Of a DNA stretch of 64,000 bases, positions 55,647 through 64,000 are shown piece after piece. Made by a program: the position numbers and the translations under genes. Each line of letters starts with the position of its first letter. Position 1 is the first letter of the stretch. The stretch lies in NCBI GenBank assembly GCA_963559585.1, contig CAUWLJ010000004.1:2954-66953 (forward strand), given 5' to 3'. Source of the stretch: an uncultured Eisenbergiella sp. GTDB taxonomy: Bacteria; Bacillota; Clostridia; Lachnospirales; Lachnospiraceae. The notes below the pieces were generated by a model. It saw only the letters and a list, made by a program, of their open reading frames with translations. It was not told the origin of the DNA and did not search any database.

Positions 55647-57644
55647 CTATTTTTCCTCTTTCCACATCATTTCTCTATAATTTCCGGGCGTTATGCCCTC
55701 ATACTTCTTAAACATCTCTATGAAAACTGTACTATTGGCGTACCTGAGCATCTGCGCAATTTCCGATACCTTCCTGTCGCTCTCCGTCAAAAGTGATTTC
55801 GCACGGTCAAACTTGATCTGTTCCACATAGGCAGATATGCTGATCTGCATATTCTTTTTGAAGAAGTGGCTCAGGTTGGAAACTGAGGTATCAAAATAGC
55901 CTGCCATATATTTCACGCTGAAATTATCGTCCAGGTAATGCTCGTGAATATAGGTAAGAATATCCACAATATTTCTTTTTCTGTAATCGCCCGCCTTTTC
56001 CCGGGGAGCATTTTCCGCTTTTGCCCCCCAATCCTCTCTCGACTCTGCGATCAGCGCGTCAAAAAGAGCCAGCATTTCCTCTTTTTCCGTCATCCCCGCA
56101 AAGAAGCTCTCATCCCGGCGTCCAAGGAGCCGGAGCACGTCCCAGGTGATACACAGCCCCATGGACTCTTTTCCCTCTGAGACCACCGTTTTCAGCTCGT
56201 TCAGAAGAATGCGGGTGCGGGCCGCGTCCTCCGCCTCCACAGCCTCTCCCAGGGCCTTCATCTCCTGCTCCGGATACTGATCCTCCTGGCTTCTCTCCCG
56301 GCGCAGCTTCTTCTTCGCATCCTCGTAGGACTTCCAGATACGGCTCACATCTGAAGTAATAGAACCCACCGCAAGCTGGGGGAAGCTCTCCAGGCGGCTT
56401 CCGATCTGCCCTGCCGATTCATCGGTGCATACCAGATAGACGCACAGCCCCTCCACCAGAGGAACCTCATAAGCCGTGGTGGCACTGTACGCATTCATCT
56501 GTACCCGGAACACATCGTGCAGCTCCTTATTTTCCTCCGTATCGGGAAAAACGGCAAAAAACAGATTTTTTCTGTCAATATGGATGTTGTAATTCAGGCA
56601 CCTCCTCCACAGCTCATCCAAAGGCCTGACCTCCTGGGAAAGAAGCTCGTGCAGGCACCTTTCCATGCCAAGCTGGTTCCTCTCCTCCTCCAGCACCTCA
56701 TTGGTATCCAGCAGACGCTGGAAGGAGCGGTACTTCTTACCGGACTGATACAGCGCAAGAAGCGCCCCCACTGCCAGGGAGAGCAGAAGCCACAGACCAT
56801 AAACGTTCAGCAGGCTCCATATTGTCTGCCTTAATGCCTTACGGGACAGATAAACCTGGGAAGTAAAACCATACCCCATATCCTTCCTGTTCACAAAATA
56901 ATCTTTTTCATCTGCCAGGCCGTTTCTGTCCAGGCCCTCTCCCTCCAAAAGGCGGAGATTCATCTGATAATCTGAGCAGAACAGCTTCCGGCCCTGAAAG
57001 CTGAGCGCCGTCACACTATCCGGCAGTCCGGGTATCCCGCCAAACTGTTCCATCAGTCTGCTGTCCCTGATCACATACAGGAGATAATGGATGTCGTACT
57101 CGCCCCTTTCTCCCCATGTTTTCAAAGGATAAATAAACGCCGCCCCGGTATCGCTTCCTCCATACAGCCGAACCTTCACCGCACGCATTTCCTGCTCCTG
57201 TGGCTTCGCCAACACACTCCGGTCCATCTCACAGCGGTCTGAAAAAAACAGCTCCTCCGTGAAAAGCCCCTGGGAGGAAATCACCTTTCCTTCCTCCATC
57301 ATATAGTAATAGATCCCGTCCGCAAATGGAAATGCAGCCTCCTTCTTTCTCAAATCTTCCATAATATCAATATAGAAGGAGTGAAAATTCTCCACATATC
57401 CCTTATTGTACAGCTTGCTGTAGCGGCATTCCAGGTTGTAGGCTTCCATAACCGTAAGCTGCTGTTCCAGATAATCCGTCTGCCGTTCCTGGACGGCCGC
57501 CGCCTCCTTCAGCATGTCCTCATACTGCTGTCTGTACAGGATTGCCACAATGCTGATCCCCACGATCAGCAGAGGGATCAAAAGCACCATGTTATAGGTA
57601 ATTACAAATTTCAGATAACCAATCTTTTTCTTTTCCTTGCTCAT
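55647..57644 (-). CDS. Membrane-anchored AraC-family regulator (YesS-like)
   Basis: Two TMs flanking a sensor region; C-terminal double HTH FSVKYMAGYF..FKKYEGITPGNYR; ATG 57644. Confidence 0.88.
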   Translation of the reverse strand: MSKEKKKIGYLKFVITYNMVLLIPLLIVGISIVAILYRQQYEDMLKEAAAVQERQTDYLEQQLTVMEAYNLECRYSKLYNKGYVENFHSFYIDIMEDLRKKEAAFPFADGIYYYMMEEGKVISSQGLFTEELFFSDRCEMDRSVLAKPQEQEMRAVKVRLYGGSDTGAAFIYPLKTWGERGEYDIHYLLYVIRDSRLMEQFGGIPGLPDSVTALSFQGRKLFCSDYQMNLRLLEGEGLDRNGLADEKDYFVNRKDMGYGFTSQVYLSRKALRQTIWSLLNVYGLWLLLSLAVGALLALYQSGKKYRSFQRLLDTNEVLEEERNQLGMERCLHELLSQEVRPLDELWRRCLNYNIHIDRKNLFFAVFPDTEENKELHDVFRVQMNAYSATTAYEVPLVEGLCVYLVCTDESAGQIGSRLESFPQLAVGSITSDVSRIWKSYEDAKKKLRRERSQEDQYPEQEMKALGEAVEAEDAARTRILLNELKTVVSEGKESMGLCITWDVLRLLGRRDESFFAGMTEKEEMLALFDALIAESREDWGAKAENAPREKAGDYRKRNIVDILTYIHEHYLDDNFSVKYMAGYFDTSVSNLSHFFKKNMQISISAYVEQIKFDRAKSLLTESDRKVSEIAQMLRYANSTVFIEMFKKYEGITPGNYREMMWKEEK

Positions 57645-57663
57645 TCCCCCTCCATCTGCCGGC

Positions 57664-59682
57664 TCAGAACACAAACACCGCCGCTCCGGACGCAGGCAGA
57701 TCAAAGCTGATGCTGTAAGGCCTGTAGTCGCTCGGTTTCGCACAGGCCCGCAGAGACACCGGGATCTGTGCCCCGTTTCCTCCGAATTTCCGATCATCGC
57801 TGTTCAGAACCAGGCGGTAGGATTTCCGCTTCGGCACGCCTACCACATAGCCTTTGCGCTCCACGGGCGTCATGTTCAGCACGAACAGAAGATTATTTTT
57901 ACCGTCAGAAGATTTCCTGATAAAGCTGTAGGTGCTCCGATCCGCATCGTCCGCATTGATCCATTCAAAGCCTGCCCAGTCGTTGTCGATCTCGTGCATG
58001 CAGGGATATTTCCGGTACAGATTCAGCAGAGCCTTCACATATTCCTGCATTCCCGCATTCAGCTCATCCTGCAGCAGATACCAGTCCAGCTCCCTGGCCT
58101 CGCTCCATTCCCTCTCCTGGGCAAACTCCTGTCCCATGAAAAGAAGCTTCTTGCCCTCGTGGCCGAACATATAGGTGTAGCCGGTTCGCAGATTGGCATA
58201 TTTGTCATAACGGTAACCCGGCATTTTATTGACCATGGAGCATTTCAGATGCACCACCTCATCGTGGGAGAGGGGCAGGATATAGTTCTCGGAGTTATTG
58301 TAACTCATGGCGAAGGTCATGGCGTAATGGCTGCTCTTCCTGAAATAGGGATCCAGCTTCATATACTCGCAGAAATCGTGCATCCAGCCCATGTTCCATT
58401 TGAAGGAAAAATGCAGTCCTCCCTCCTCCAGCGGCCCGGTCACCAGAGGCCAGGCGGTGGACTCCTCCGCAATGGTCATCACGCCCGGGAAGGTTCCCCG
58501 TATCACGGAATTTAAGTGTTTGAAAAACTCAATGGCCTCCAGGTTCTTGTTGCCGCCGTACTTGTTCGCCACCCATTCGCCGTCTTTTTTCCCATAATCC
58601 AGATAGAGCATGGAGGCCACCGCGTCTACCCGCAGGCCGTCCACATGGAACTCCTTGATCCAGAACAGGGCGTTGGCAATCAGGAAATTCTTCACCTCGT
58701 TCATGCCGTAATTAAAAATCTTGGTTCCCCAGTCCGGATGCTCTCCCAGCCTGGGATCGGGATGCTCAAACAGGGGCTGTCCGTCAAACTCCGCCAGTCC
58801 GTGGGCGTCCCTGGGGAAATGGGCGGGAACCCAGTCCAGAATCACGCCGATCTTATTGCGGTGCAGGGTGTTCACCAGGTAGGCAAAATCCTCCGGGGTG
58901 CCGTAGCGGGAGGTGGGCGCATAATAGCCCGTCACCTGATAGCCCCAGGAGCCGTCGAAGGGATGCTCCGCAATTCCCATCAGCTCCACATGAGTGAATT
59001 TCACTTCCTTCAGATAGGAGACCAGCCTGTCCGCAAACTCTCTGTAGTTATAAAAGCCGTCCTCCGTGCCGTCCGGATGCTTCATCCAGGAGCCGATGTG
59101 GCATTCATAAATGGCCAGGGGCTCCTTATTCATATCCTTCTGCGCCCGCGCCTCCATCCAGGCGGAATCGCTCCATCTAAGCTTTCCGATGTCTGTAGTG
59201 ACGGACGCCGTGCCGGGACGCAGCTCCGCATAGTTGGCAAAGGGATCCGCCTTGTACAGCTTTCTTCCGTCCACGGTATGGATCAGGAATTTGTACATTT
59301 CCCCGCAGCCCACTCCCGGAACGAAAAGCTCATAGATGCCGCCTGGGCCCTTGCGTTTCATCTGATCCTGCCTCTCGTCCCAGCCGTTGAAGCTGCCGAT
59401 CACATACACTTCTTCCGCGTGGGGCGCCCATACCGCAAAATACATGCCCTTCTTTCCGCGCTCCACAGAAGGGTGCGCGCCCAGCTTCTTGTAAATGTCG
59501 TAGTGTGTGCCCTGGGCGAACAGATACTCGTCCGCCTGGGAAATGAATACCCGGCTGTCCTTTGCTTTGTCTGCGCCGTTCCTGGTTCCGCAGTTCTTTT
59601 CCTGCGCTGCCTTCGGCGCCCGGTTCTGCTTCCTCTCTGTACTCCTTCCTGCTTCCGTTCCTTTTCCTGCTCTGCCTGCCAT
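57664..59682 (-). CDS. glgB: 1,4-alpha-glucan branching enzyme
   Basis: FAVWAPHA, WGYQVTGYYAP, DWVPAHFP, DGLRVDAVASM, AEEST, PLSHDEVVH; ATG 59682. Confidence 0.96.
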   Translation of the reverse strand: MAGRAGKGTEAGRSTERKQNRAPKAAQEKNCGTRNGADKAKDSRVFISQADEYLFAQGTHYDIYKKLGAHPSVERGKKGMYFAVWAPHAEEVYVIGSFNGWDERQDQMKRKGPGGIYELFVPGVGCGEMYKFLIHTVDGRKLYKADPFANYAELRPGTASVTTDIGKLRWSDSAWMEARAQKDMNKEPLAIYECHIGSWMKHPDGTEDGFYNYREFADRLVSYLKEVKFTHVELMGIAEHPFDGSWGYQVTGYYAPTSRYGTPEDFAYLVNTLHRNKIGVILDWVPAHFPRDAHGLAEFDGQPLFEHPDPRLGEHPDWGTKIFNYGMNEVKNFLIANALFWIKEFHVDGLRVDAVASMLYLDYGKKDGEWVANKYGGNKNLEAIEFFKHLNSVIRGTFPGVMTIAEESTAWPLVTGPLEEGGLHFSFKWNMGWMHDFCEYMKLDPYFRKSSHYAMTFAMSYNNSENYILPLSHDEVVHLKCSMVNKMPGYRYDKYANLRTGYTYMFGHEGKKLLFMGQEFAQEREWSEARELDWYLLQDELNAGMQEYVKALLNLYRKYPCMHEIDNDWAGFEWINADDADRSTYSFIRKSSDGKNNLLFVLNMTPVERKGYVVGVPKRKSYRLVLNSDDRKFGGNGAQIPVSLRACAKPSDYRPYSISFDLPASGAAVFVF

Positions 59683-59831
59683 AATGATCCCCCTTTCTTT
59701 ATCCCCGCATCCTGTCTCTGCCGCCGGAAGGGATCTCTGATCCATCCCCTCCTTACACGGTGGTTACCCGTAAAATGAAGCTGCCGCCCTCCGCCGTGCG
59801 AAGGACGGCGTTGCCATACCTTGTCAGTCCT

Positions 59832-62465
59832 TTATATGAAATCTCCTTCGTGCAGGATAATCATGTCGTCGTCATCGTACCTTCTGGCAAAAAGCACGTC
59901 CATGAAATGCTTCGGTGTCTTTCTGTTGGCGTGATAAATTGCCTCATCCACGATTTCCCGTACATCCTTCACTGTAACGATGTGGTCGCTGGTCTGCATA
60001 TCCTCAATGCGGGTATGAAGCGCCAGCCTTCCCAGCTCGTCAATAGCATATTCCCTTGTCCTGGCATACTGACAGCCATAAGCGGCCAGTGTGCCGTTAT
60101 CCAGCGCTTCCAGATCAAATCTGGCATTGAAGCAGGGCTCCATATCAGGATTTTCCTCCAGCAGCTTCCTGATATTTCTTCTGGTATCCATCAGGATCAC
60201 CAGAATACCCCATTTTTCCTGGTTCAGCGCATCCAGCAGCTCCTTTACACTCTCCGGCGTCATGTCTGCCGCTTCGTCGATCAGCAAAGCGCCGCCGGCC
60301 AGCTTTTCCACCAGCTCCGCCGCATTCTTTTTCGTGCCGTTTAAAGAGCTTCCCGTAATCCGGGCCAGCTTTCCTGAGAAATTGGGATCCTTGGCCTTTA
60401 CGTCCCGGATGATGCTCTTGGCAAGATCCATCACATCCGCTCCCGGATCTCCGGTCAGGATCAGATTGCCGGTGTAGGCCGCCAGGCTGAGTCTGTCCAG
60501 TGCGTACACCAGCTTCTTCATGGCTCCCTTCGTAGGCACAAAGGGCGCAAACAGCCGCTTTTCTTCCCTGCTCATGCTGCGCACCTGCTCCGGCCGGGCT
60601 TCCTTCTCTCTCTCCCTGTCCTCCGGCTCTCCTTCCGCCTTCCCCCGTTTCGGGCTTCTGCGGCGTTCCGGCTCGTTCTCAGAAAGCCCGCGGGAGGAAG
60701 CCGCACGCTCCGGGCCGGAAGTCTCCTGCAAAACGGGGCTTTTCTCCATCTGTCCGGGACGCTCCGGACTCTCCTGTTCCTCAGGCTGCTCCGGGCTTTG
60801 TTCGGTACGGCGGGCCGCCTCAGGCTGCTTCGGTGCTGCCGGCATCCTCCCAGGCTCCTCCGGTATCCCTGCCATCTGTGCAGGCTGCTCCGGGCCGGAC
60901 ACCTCCAAAGCCTCCGGCGTCTGAACAGAGGGCTCCTGTCTGGGGGGCTCCGCCTCCTCCGGCGCATTTGCAGGCAGTGCTTCTTCAGACATCTCCGCCT
61001 TTTGGACAGGCTGCTCTGAATGGGCGGCTTCCGGTATCACTGCTGCTGCCGGGGGAGAAACCGTCTGTGCCGCTGCGGCGCTTTCATCCGGCTCTGCCTC
61101 CTCCCGTTCAGGAGCCGCAGCTTTCAGTGCATTCTCAACAGCGCCTGCCGCCCAGATTTTGGTCTGTGCGGCGTTTTCTTCACTGGAAGCTCTTTCCCTG
61201 CGCTCCACAGGAATACGCTCCTCCTTCTGAAGCTGCTCCAGCATCCCCTTTCTTGAGGTCTCCTCAAAATCGCGGAACAAAGAGCCTGTCTGTTCCATCA
61301 CTCTCTGCTTCAGATCCTGACGGCGCTTCTCCTCGTTGTCCCGCTTCATGCGCTCCCATTCCTGCATGATGTCGTCTATGTTCATCTGCCCCGTGATCTG
61401 CTTCTCGATCTGGTGTGCCTCAGGCACCACCAGGCTGATCTGGCCATTGTACTCCTGGGACAGATAGCTGTCATACTGCGGACCGGATTCGTCCTGCTCC
61501 GCCTGTTCCTCTTCCTCTGTCAGTCCGGGAGCCTCCTGCGGCATCATATCCCCGGTATCCATTGTCTCGTATGTATGCTCCGGCTCCTGGTACAGCTGCT
61601 CTCTGCGGCTTTCAAAGGATACAGGCTCCGGCACGCTCTGGCCAGGCGGCATGACCTCCTTCATGCTCTCTGCCAGCTCCTTCTGGAGATTGATGGTATT
61701 GTACTTCCCCACATCCATGGGCTTAATGTGGATGTCCTCCTGCTCCTCTTTTCTCCGGGCTTCCTCCTCCACCTCATTGGGATAAGCCTGCTGCTCCGCA
61801 AAGCCCTTTGGCAGCTCCAGCATGCTCTCCGGCACATTCAGGCCCTGCTTGCGCATCATGTACACGTCAAACTTCTGCTGCTGGCTGGGGGAAAGGGGCT
61901 GATGAAGCGTTTTCAGTTCCATGGCCTTCATCACATATTTTCCCTCTCCGAACCACAGGATCAGGTCGTCGCATTCCTCCACACATTTGGTAGCAAGCCC
62001 CACACGATGATACAGGTAGGCCAGCTCATATCCCCATTTTTCCCTGTAGTCCCGCTTTTTCAGCTCCTCCAGAACGGCAATCCGTTCCTCCAGCCCCACG
62101 TCCTGGGCCTCGTACAGCTTGTACTGGAGCACATATCTGCCGCTGTCATTAGGCGCGATCTGCACGAATTCCTTATAATAAGCAATCGCCTGTACCACCT
62201 CGCCCATCCTGATGGACAGGTCGCACAGAGAATATATAATCATCCTTCCTGAAGGATGCCTTTCATTTGCCATCTCCAAAAGGAGCTTTGCATCATCGAA
62301 TCTTCTGTTTATTTTATATAGATCGCTGACCGTGCAGAGCATCATCACGCTCTTAACCCTGCTCCAGTCAATGCTGTCTGCCACCTTCACAGCCTCCGCA
62401 TATTTCTTTTGGGAAATCAGCGTCTTGATTTCCTCTGCCCGTATCTTATATTCATATTTATCCAA
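59832..62465 (-). CDS. TPR-like N-terminus, long acidic/Pro-rich linker, C-terminal degenerate AAA+ (SpoVK/CbbX-like) domain
   Basis: TTG start; helical repeats; LILTGDPGADVMD (Walker A Lys lost), LLIDE Walker B; promoter TTGACA(62540-35)-17-TAAACT(62517-12). Confidence 0.75.
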   Translation of the reverse strand: MDKYEYKIRAEEIKTLISQKKYAEAVKVADSIDWSRVKSVMMLCTVSDLYKINRRFDDAKLLLEMANERHPSGRMIIYSLCDLSIRMGEVVQAIAYYKEFVQIAPNDSGRYVLQYKLYEAQDVGLEERIAVLEELKKRDYREKWGYELAYLYHRVGLATKCVEECDDLILWFGEGKYVMKAMELKTLHQPLSPSQQQKFDVYMMRKQGLNVPESMLELPKGFAEQQAYPNEVEEEARRKEEQEDIHIKPMDVGKYNTINLQKELAESMKEVMPPGQSVPEPVSFESRREQLYQEPEHTYETMDTGDMMPQEAPGLTEEEEQAEQDESGPQYDSYLSQEYNGQISLVVPEAHQIEKQITGQMNIDDIMQEWERMKRDNEEKRRQDLKQRVMEQTGSLFRDFEETSRKGMLEQLQKEERIPVERRERASSEENAAQTKIWAAGAVENALKAAAPEREEAEPDESAAAAQTVSPPAAAVIPEAAHSEQPVQKAEMSEEALPANAPEEAEPPRQEPSVQTPEALEVSGPEQPAQMAGIPEEPGRMPAAPKQPEAARRTEQSPEQPEEQESPERPGQMEKSPVLQETSGPERAASSRGLSENEPERRRSPKRGKAEGEPEDREREKEARPEQVRSMSREEKRLFAPFVPTKGAMKKLVYALDRLSLAAYTGNLILTGDPGADVMDLAKSIIRDVKAKDPNFSGKLARITGSSLNGTKKNAAELVEKLAGGALLIDEAADMTPESVKELLDALNQEKWGILVILMDTRRNIRKLLEENPDMEPCFNARFDLEALDNGTLAAYGCQYARTREYAIDELGRLALHTRIEDMQTSDHIVTVKDVREIVDEAIYHANRKTPKHFMDVLFARRYDDDDMIILHEGDFI

Positions 62466-62656
62466 GGTGCCACCTCTGTCAGTGCTTTTTCATCCGATTT
62501 ACTATCTTTTAAGTTTACCATAGCAATAGTGGCTTGTCAAAGACAAACCACCGCCTTAACTGTGGAAAAAAAGCCAATCCGGGCCATGGAAAAATACGGA
62601 AAAGCTTCTGCGTAAAATCTTTTTGCCGTTTTTATATTTTTGAAATATTGTTTCTT

Positions 62657-63907
62657 TCAGTCAAACAATGTTACCCAGTGTTTATCGCCTGCGGCGGCAT
62701 AGCACATTTCAATCTGCTCCTTCGTGGTTTTTTCCAAAGCCAGCGGCGGAAGCTCCTCTTTTCCGAACCATCCGCACTGCAGCGTCTCAATATTTTCCCG
62801 GAATTCCCCTTCCACAGGCTCGCACAGCACGAACACCTTGCAGATGTTGAAAAGATTGGGCGGCGTGTTCCGTCTCCTGTGATCCTGCAGGGCAATCAGG
62901 CGCACCGGAGCCACCGTAATGCCCGCTTCCTCCCATACCTCCTTTACCGTGTTTCCATATACGGTCTGATCCTCATCCTGCCAGCCTCCGGGGAGCGCCC
63001 AGCGTCCGTCATTTTCCTGTACCAGAAGGATCTTTCCCTCCTCAAACACCGCCGCCCTGGTATCCAGCTTGGGCGTCTGGTATCCGCACTGCTGCCTGAA
63101 AAGTCCCTCCACTTTTCCAAAATCCTCTCCTGTCCCCCCGCTGACCATCTCAGCCGCCATCTGACGGATCCGCTCAAACCGCTCTCTATCAAAGGGATCA
63201 TGGGAGTAGGTCACTCCCGCCTGGGCGATAAACTGCAGCTCCTTCGCCCATTTCAGCCATCGTCCCCCCACATCCTCCTGCATGAAAAAGGTCTCCGTCA
63301 CCGCCGCAGGCTGAGACAAATAATAGTCGGCCCGGATATGCCTGGCGCTGGCGCAGCCCCACAGGGCCAGGGCGCCCTCCACCCCCGCATCGGCGGCACA
63401 CTGCATATCGTACACCGTATCCCCGATGTAGACCGCCTCCCCGGGATCCGCCCCCATCCGGCGCAGATACTCCCTCACCGGATCGCCCTGAGGCTTGTGC
63501 CCCCGGGTATCGTCCGCACACACGATGGTGTCAAACCAGTCCGACAGGCCAAAATGAGCCACATCCTCCTCGTATTCCGCCCTGGTTCTTGAGGTCACGA
63601 TTCCCAGATGGCACCCTCTCCTGCGAAGCTGGGTGAGCGTCTCCCAAATCCCCGGGAAAACATGGATCAGATCCCGGTACTTCGGCGTCAGGCCCAGCCA
63701 CTGCTCCATGGCAGCTTCTATTTTCTCCTCCGGCACATGCAGAAGCCTGAGCGCATCAGCCCCGGGAATTCCAAGGGTAAAAAGAAGCTCTTCCCTTTCC
63801 ATCCACCTTCCCGTCTGCTGCTTCAGCATCTCCTGCATGGAAGATAACACCGACTCCTGCGAATCCACCAGCGTTCCGTCCACATCAAAAATAAAATGTT
63901 TTTTCAT
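62657..63907 (-). CDS. HAD phosphatase fused to a Nudix hydrolase with N-terminal helical Nudix_N domain
   Basis: FIFDVDGTL, KP..YIGD; then WAKELQFIAQAG..DPFDRERF and LPGGW..KEVWEEAG. Confidence 0.9.
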   Translation of the reverse strand: MKKHFIFDVDGTLVDSQESVLSSMQEMLKQQTGRWMEREELLFTLGIPGADALRLLHVPEEKIEAAMEQWLGLTPKYRDLIHVFPGIWETLTQLRRRGCHLGIVTSRTRAEYEEDVAHFGLSDWFDTIVCADDTRGHKPQGDPVREYLRRMGADPGEAVYIGDTVYDMQCAADAGVEGALALWGCASARHIRADYYLSQPAAVTETFFMQEDVGGRWLKWAKELQFIAQAGVTYSHDPFDRERFERIRQMAAEMVSGGTGEDFGKVEGLFRQQCGYQTPKLDTRAAVFEEGKILLVQENDGRWALPGGWQDEDQTVYGNTVKEVWEEAGITVAPVRLIALQDHRRRNTPPNLFNICKVFVLCEPVEGEFRENIETLQCGWFGKEELPPLALEKTTKEQIEMCYAAAGDKHWVTLFD

Positions 63908-64000
63908 CCTTACCTCCCTGCGTAAGCGTTATGTTTCCCACCGCGGCCTGCTCCACCGGACCGGCAAACTGATTTCGCAATACGTTGATAGCGGCACAAA

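Noticed and set aside
57644-57664. Functional link between glgB and the AraC-sulfatase cluster (19-bp gap)
   Set aside because: Tight spacing alone is weak evidence; no shared pathway is evident.
63884-64000. 3' end of a further minus-strand gene upstream of the HAD-Nudix gene
   Set aside because: All three frames are open over ~90 bp; the frame and identity cannot be assigned from this window.
1-64000. tRNA, rRNA, transposase or integrase genes
   Set aside because: None recognised on reading either strand; a tRNAscan/Infernal run would be needed to exclude them fully.

Overview
Chromosomal segment of a fairly GC-rich, spore-forming Clostridia bacterium; gene content (split pfl locus, Tad locus, bofA/yaaL) is typical of gut Lachnospiraceae. 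Left to right: (1) a minus-strand type III-A-like CRISPR-Cas effector operon (cas6, NucC-like nuclease, HD-less cas10, csm3, csm4, csm5-like, running off the left edge) with no separate csm2 and no array in the window; (2) a pyruvate formate-lyase locus where PflB lacks its glycyl-radical domain, which is encoded as a separate 80-aa gene, with a Cys-rich partial paralog of that domain in between, then pflA; (3) CIRCE-controlled hsp20-dnaJ; (4) a 1.6-kaa DUF4011-SF1 helicase-Vsr-like protein (Hhe-like defence candidate); (5) a BceRS/BceAB-like module; (6) a hexuronate cluster (kdgK, uxaB, uxaA, LacI regulator, uxaC); (7) cls, Suv3-like helicase, pgi, TSCPD protein, murG, HIT, rhomboid; (8) a Tad/Flp pilus operon with unusual accessory domains; (9) bofA/yaaL with back-to-back sporulation-type promoters; (10) AraC-ABC-sulfatase cluster; (11) glgB, a TPR/degenerate-AAA protein and a HAD-Nudix fusion. 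Best candidates for undescribed biology are the compact type III/NucC system and the three-part split PFL. All assignments come from motif reading by eye; no database searches were run.
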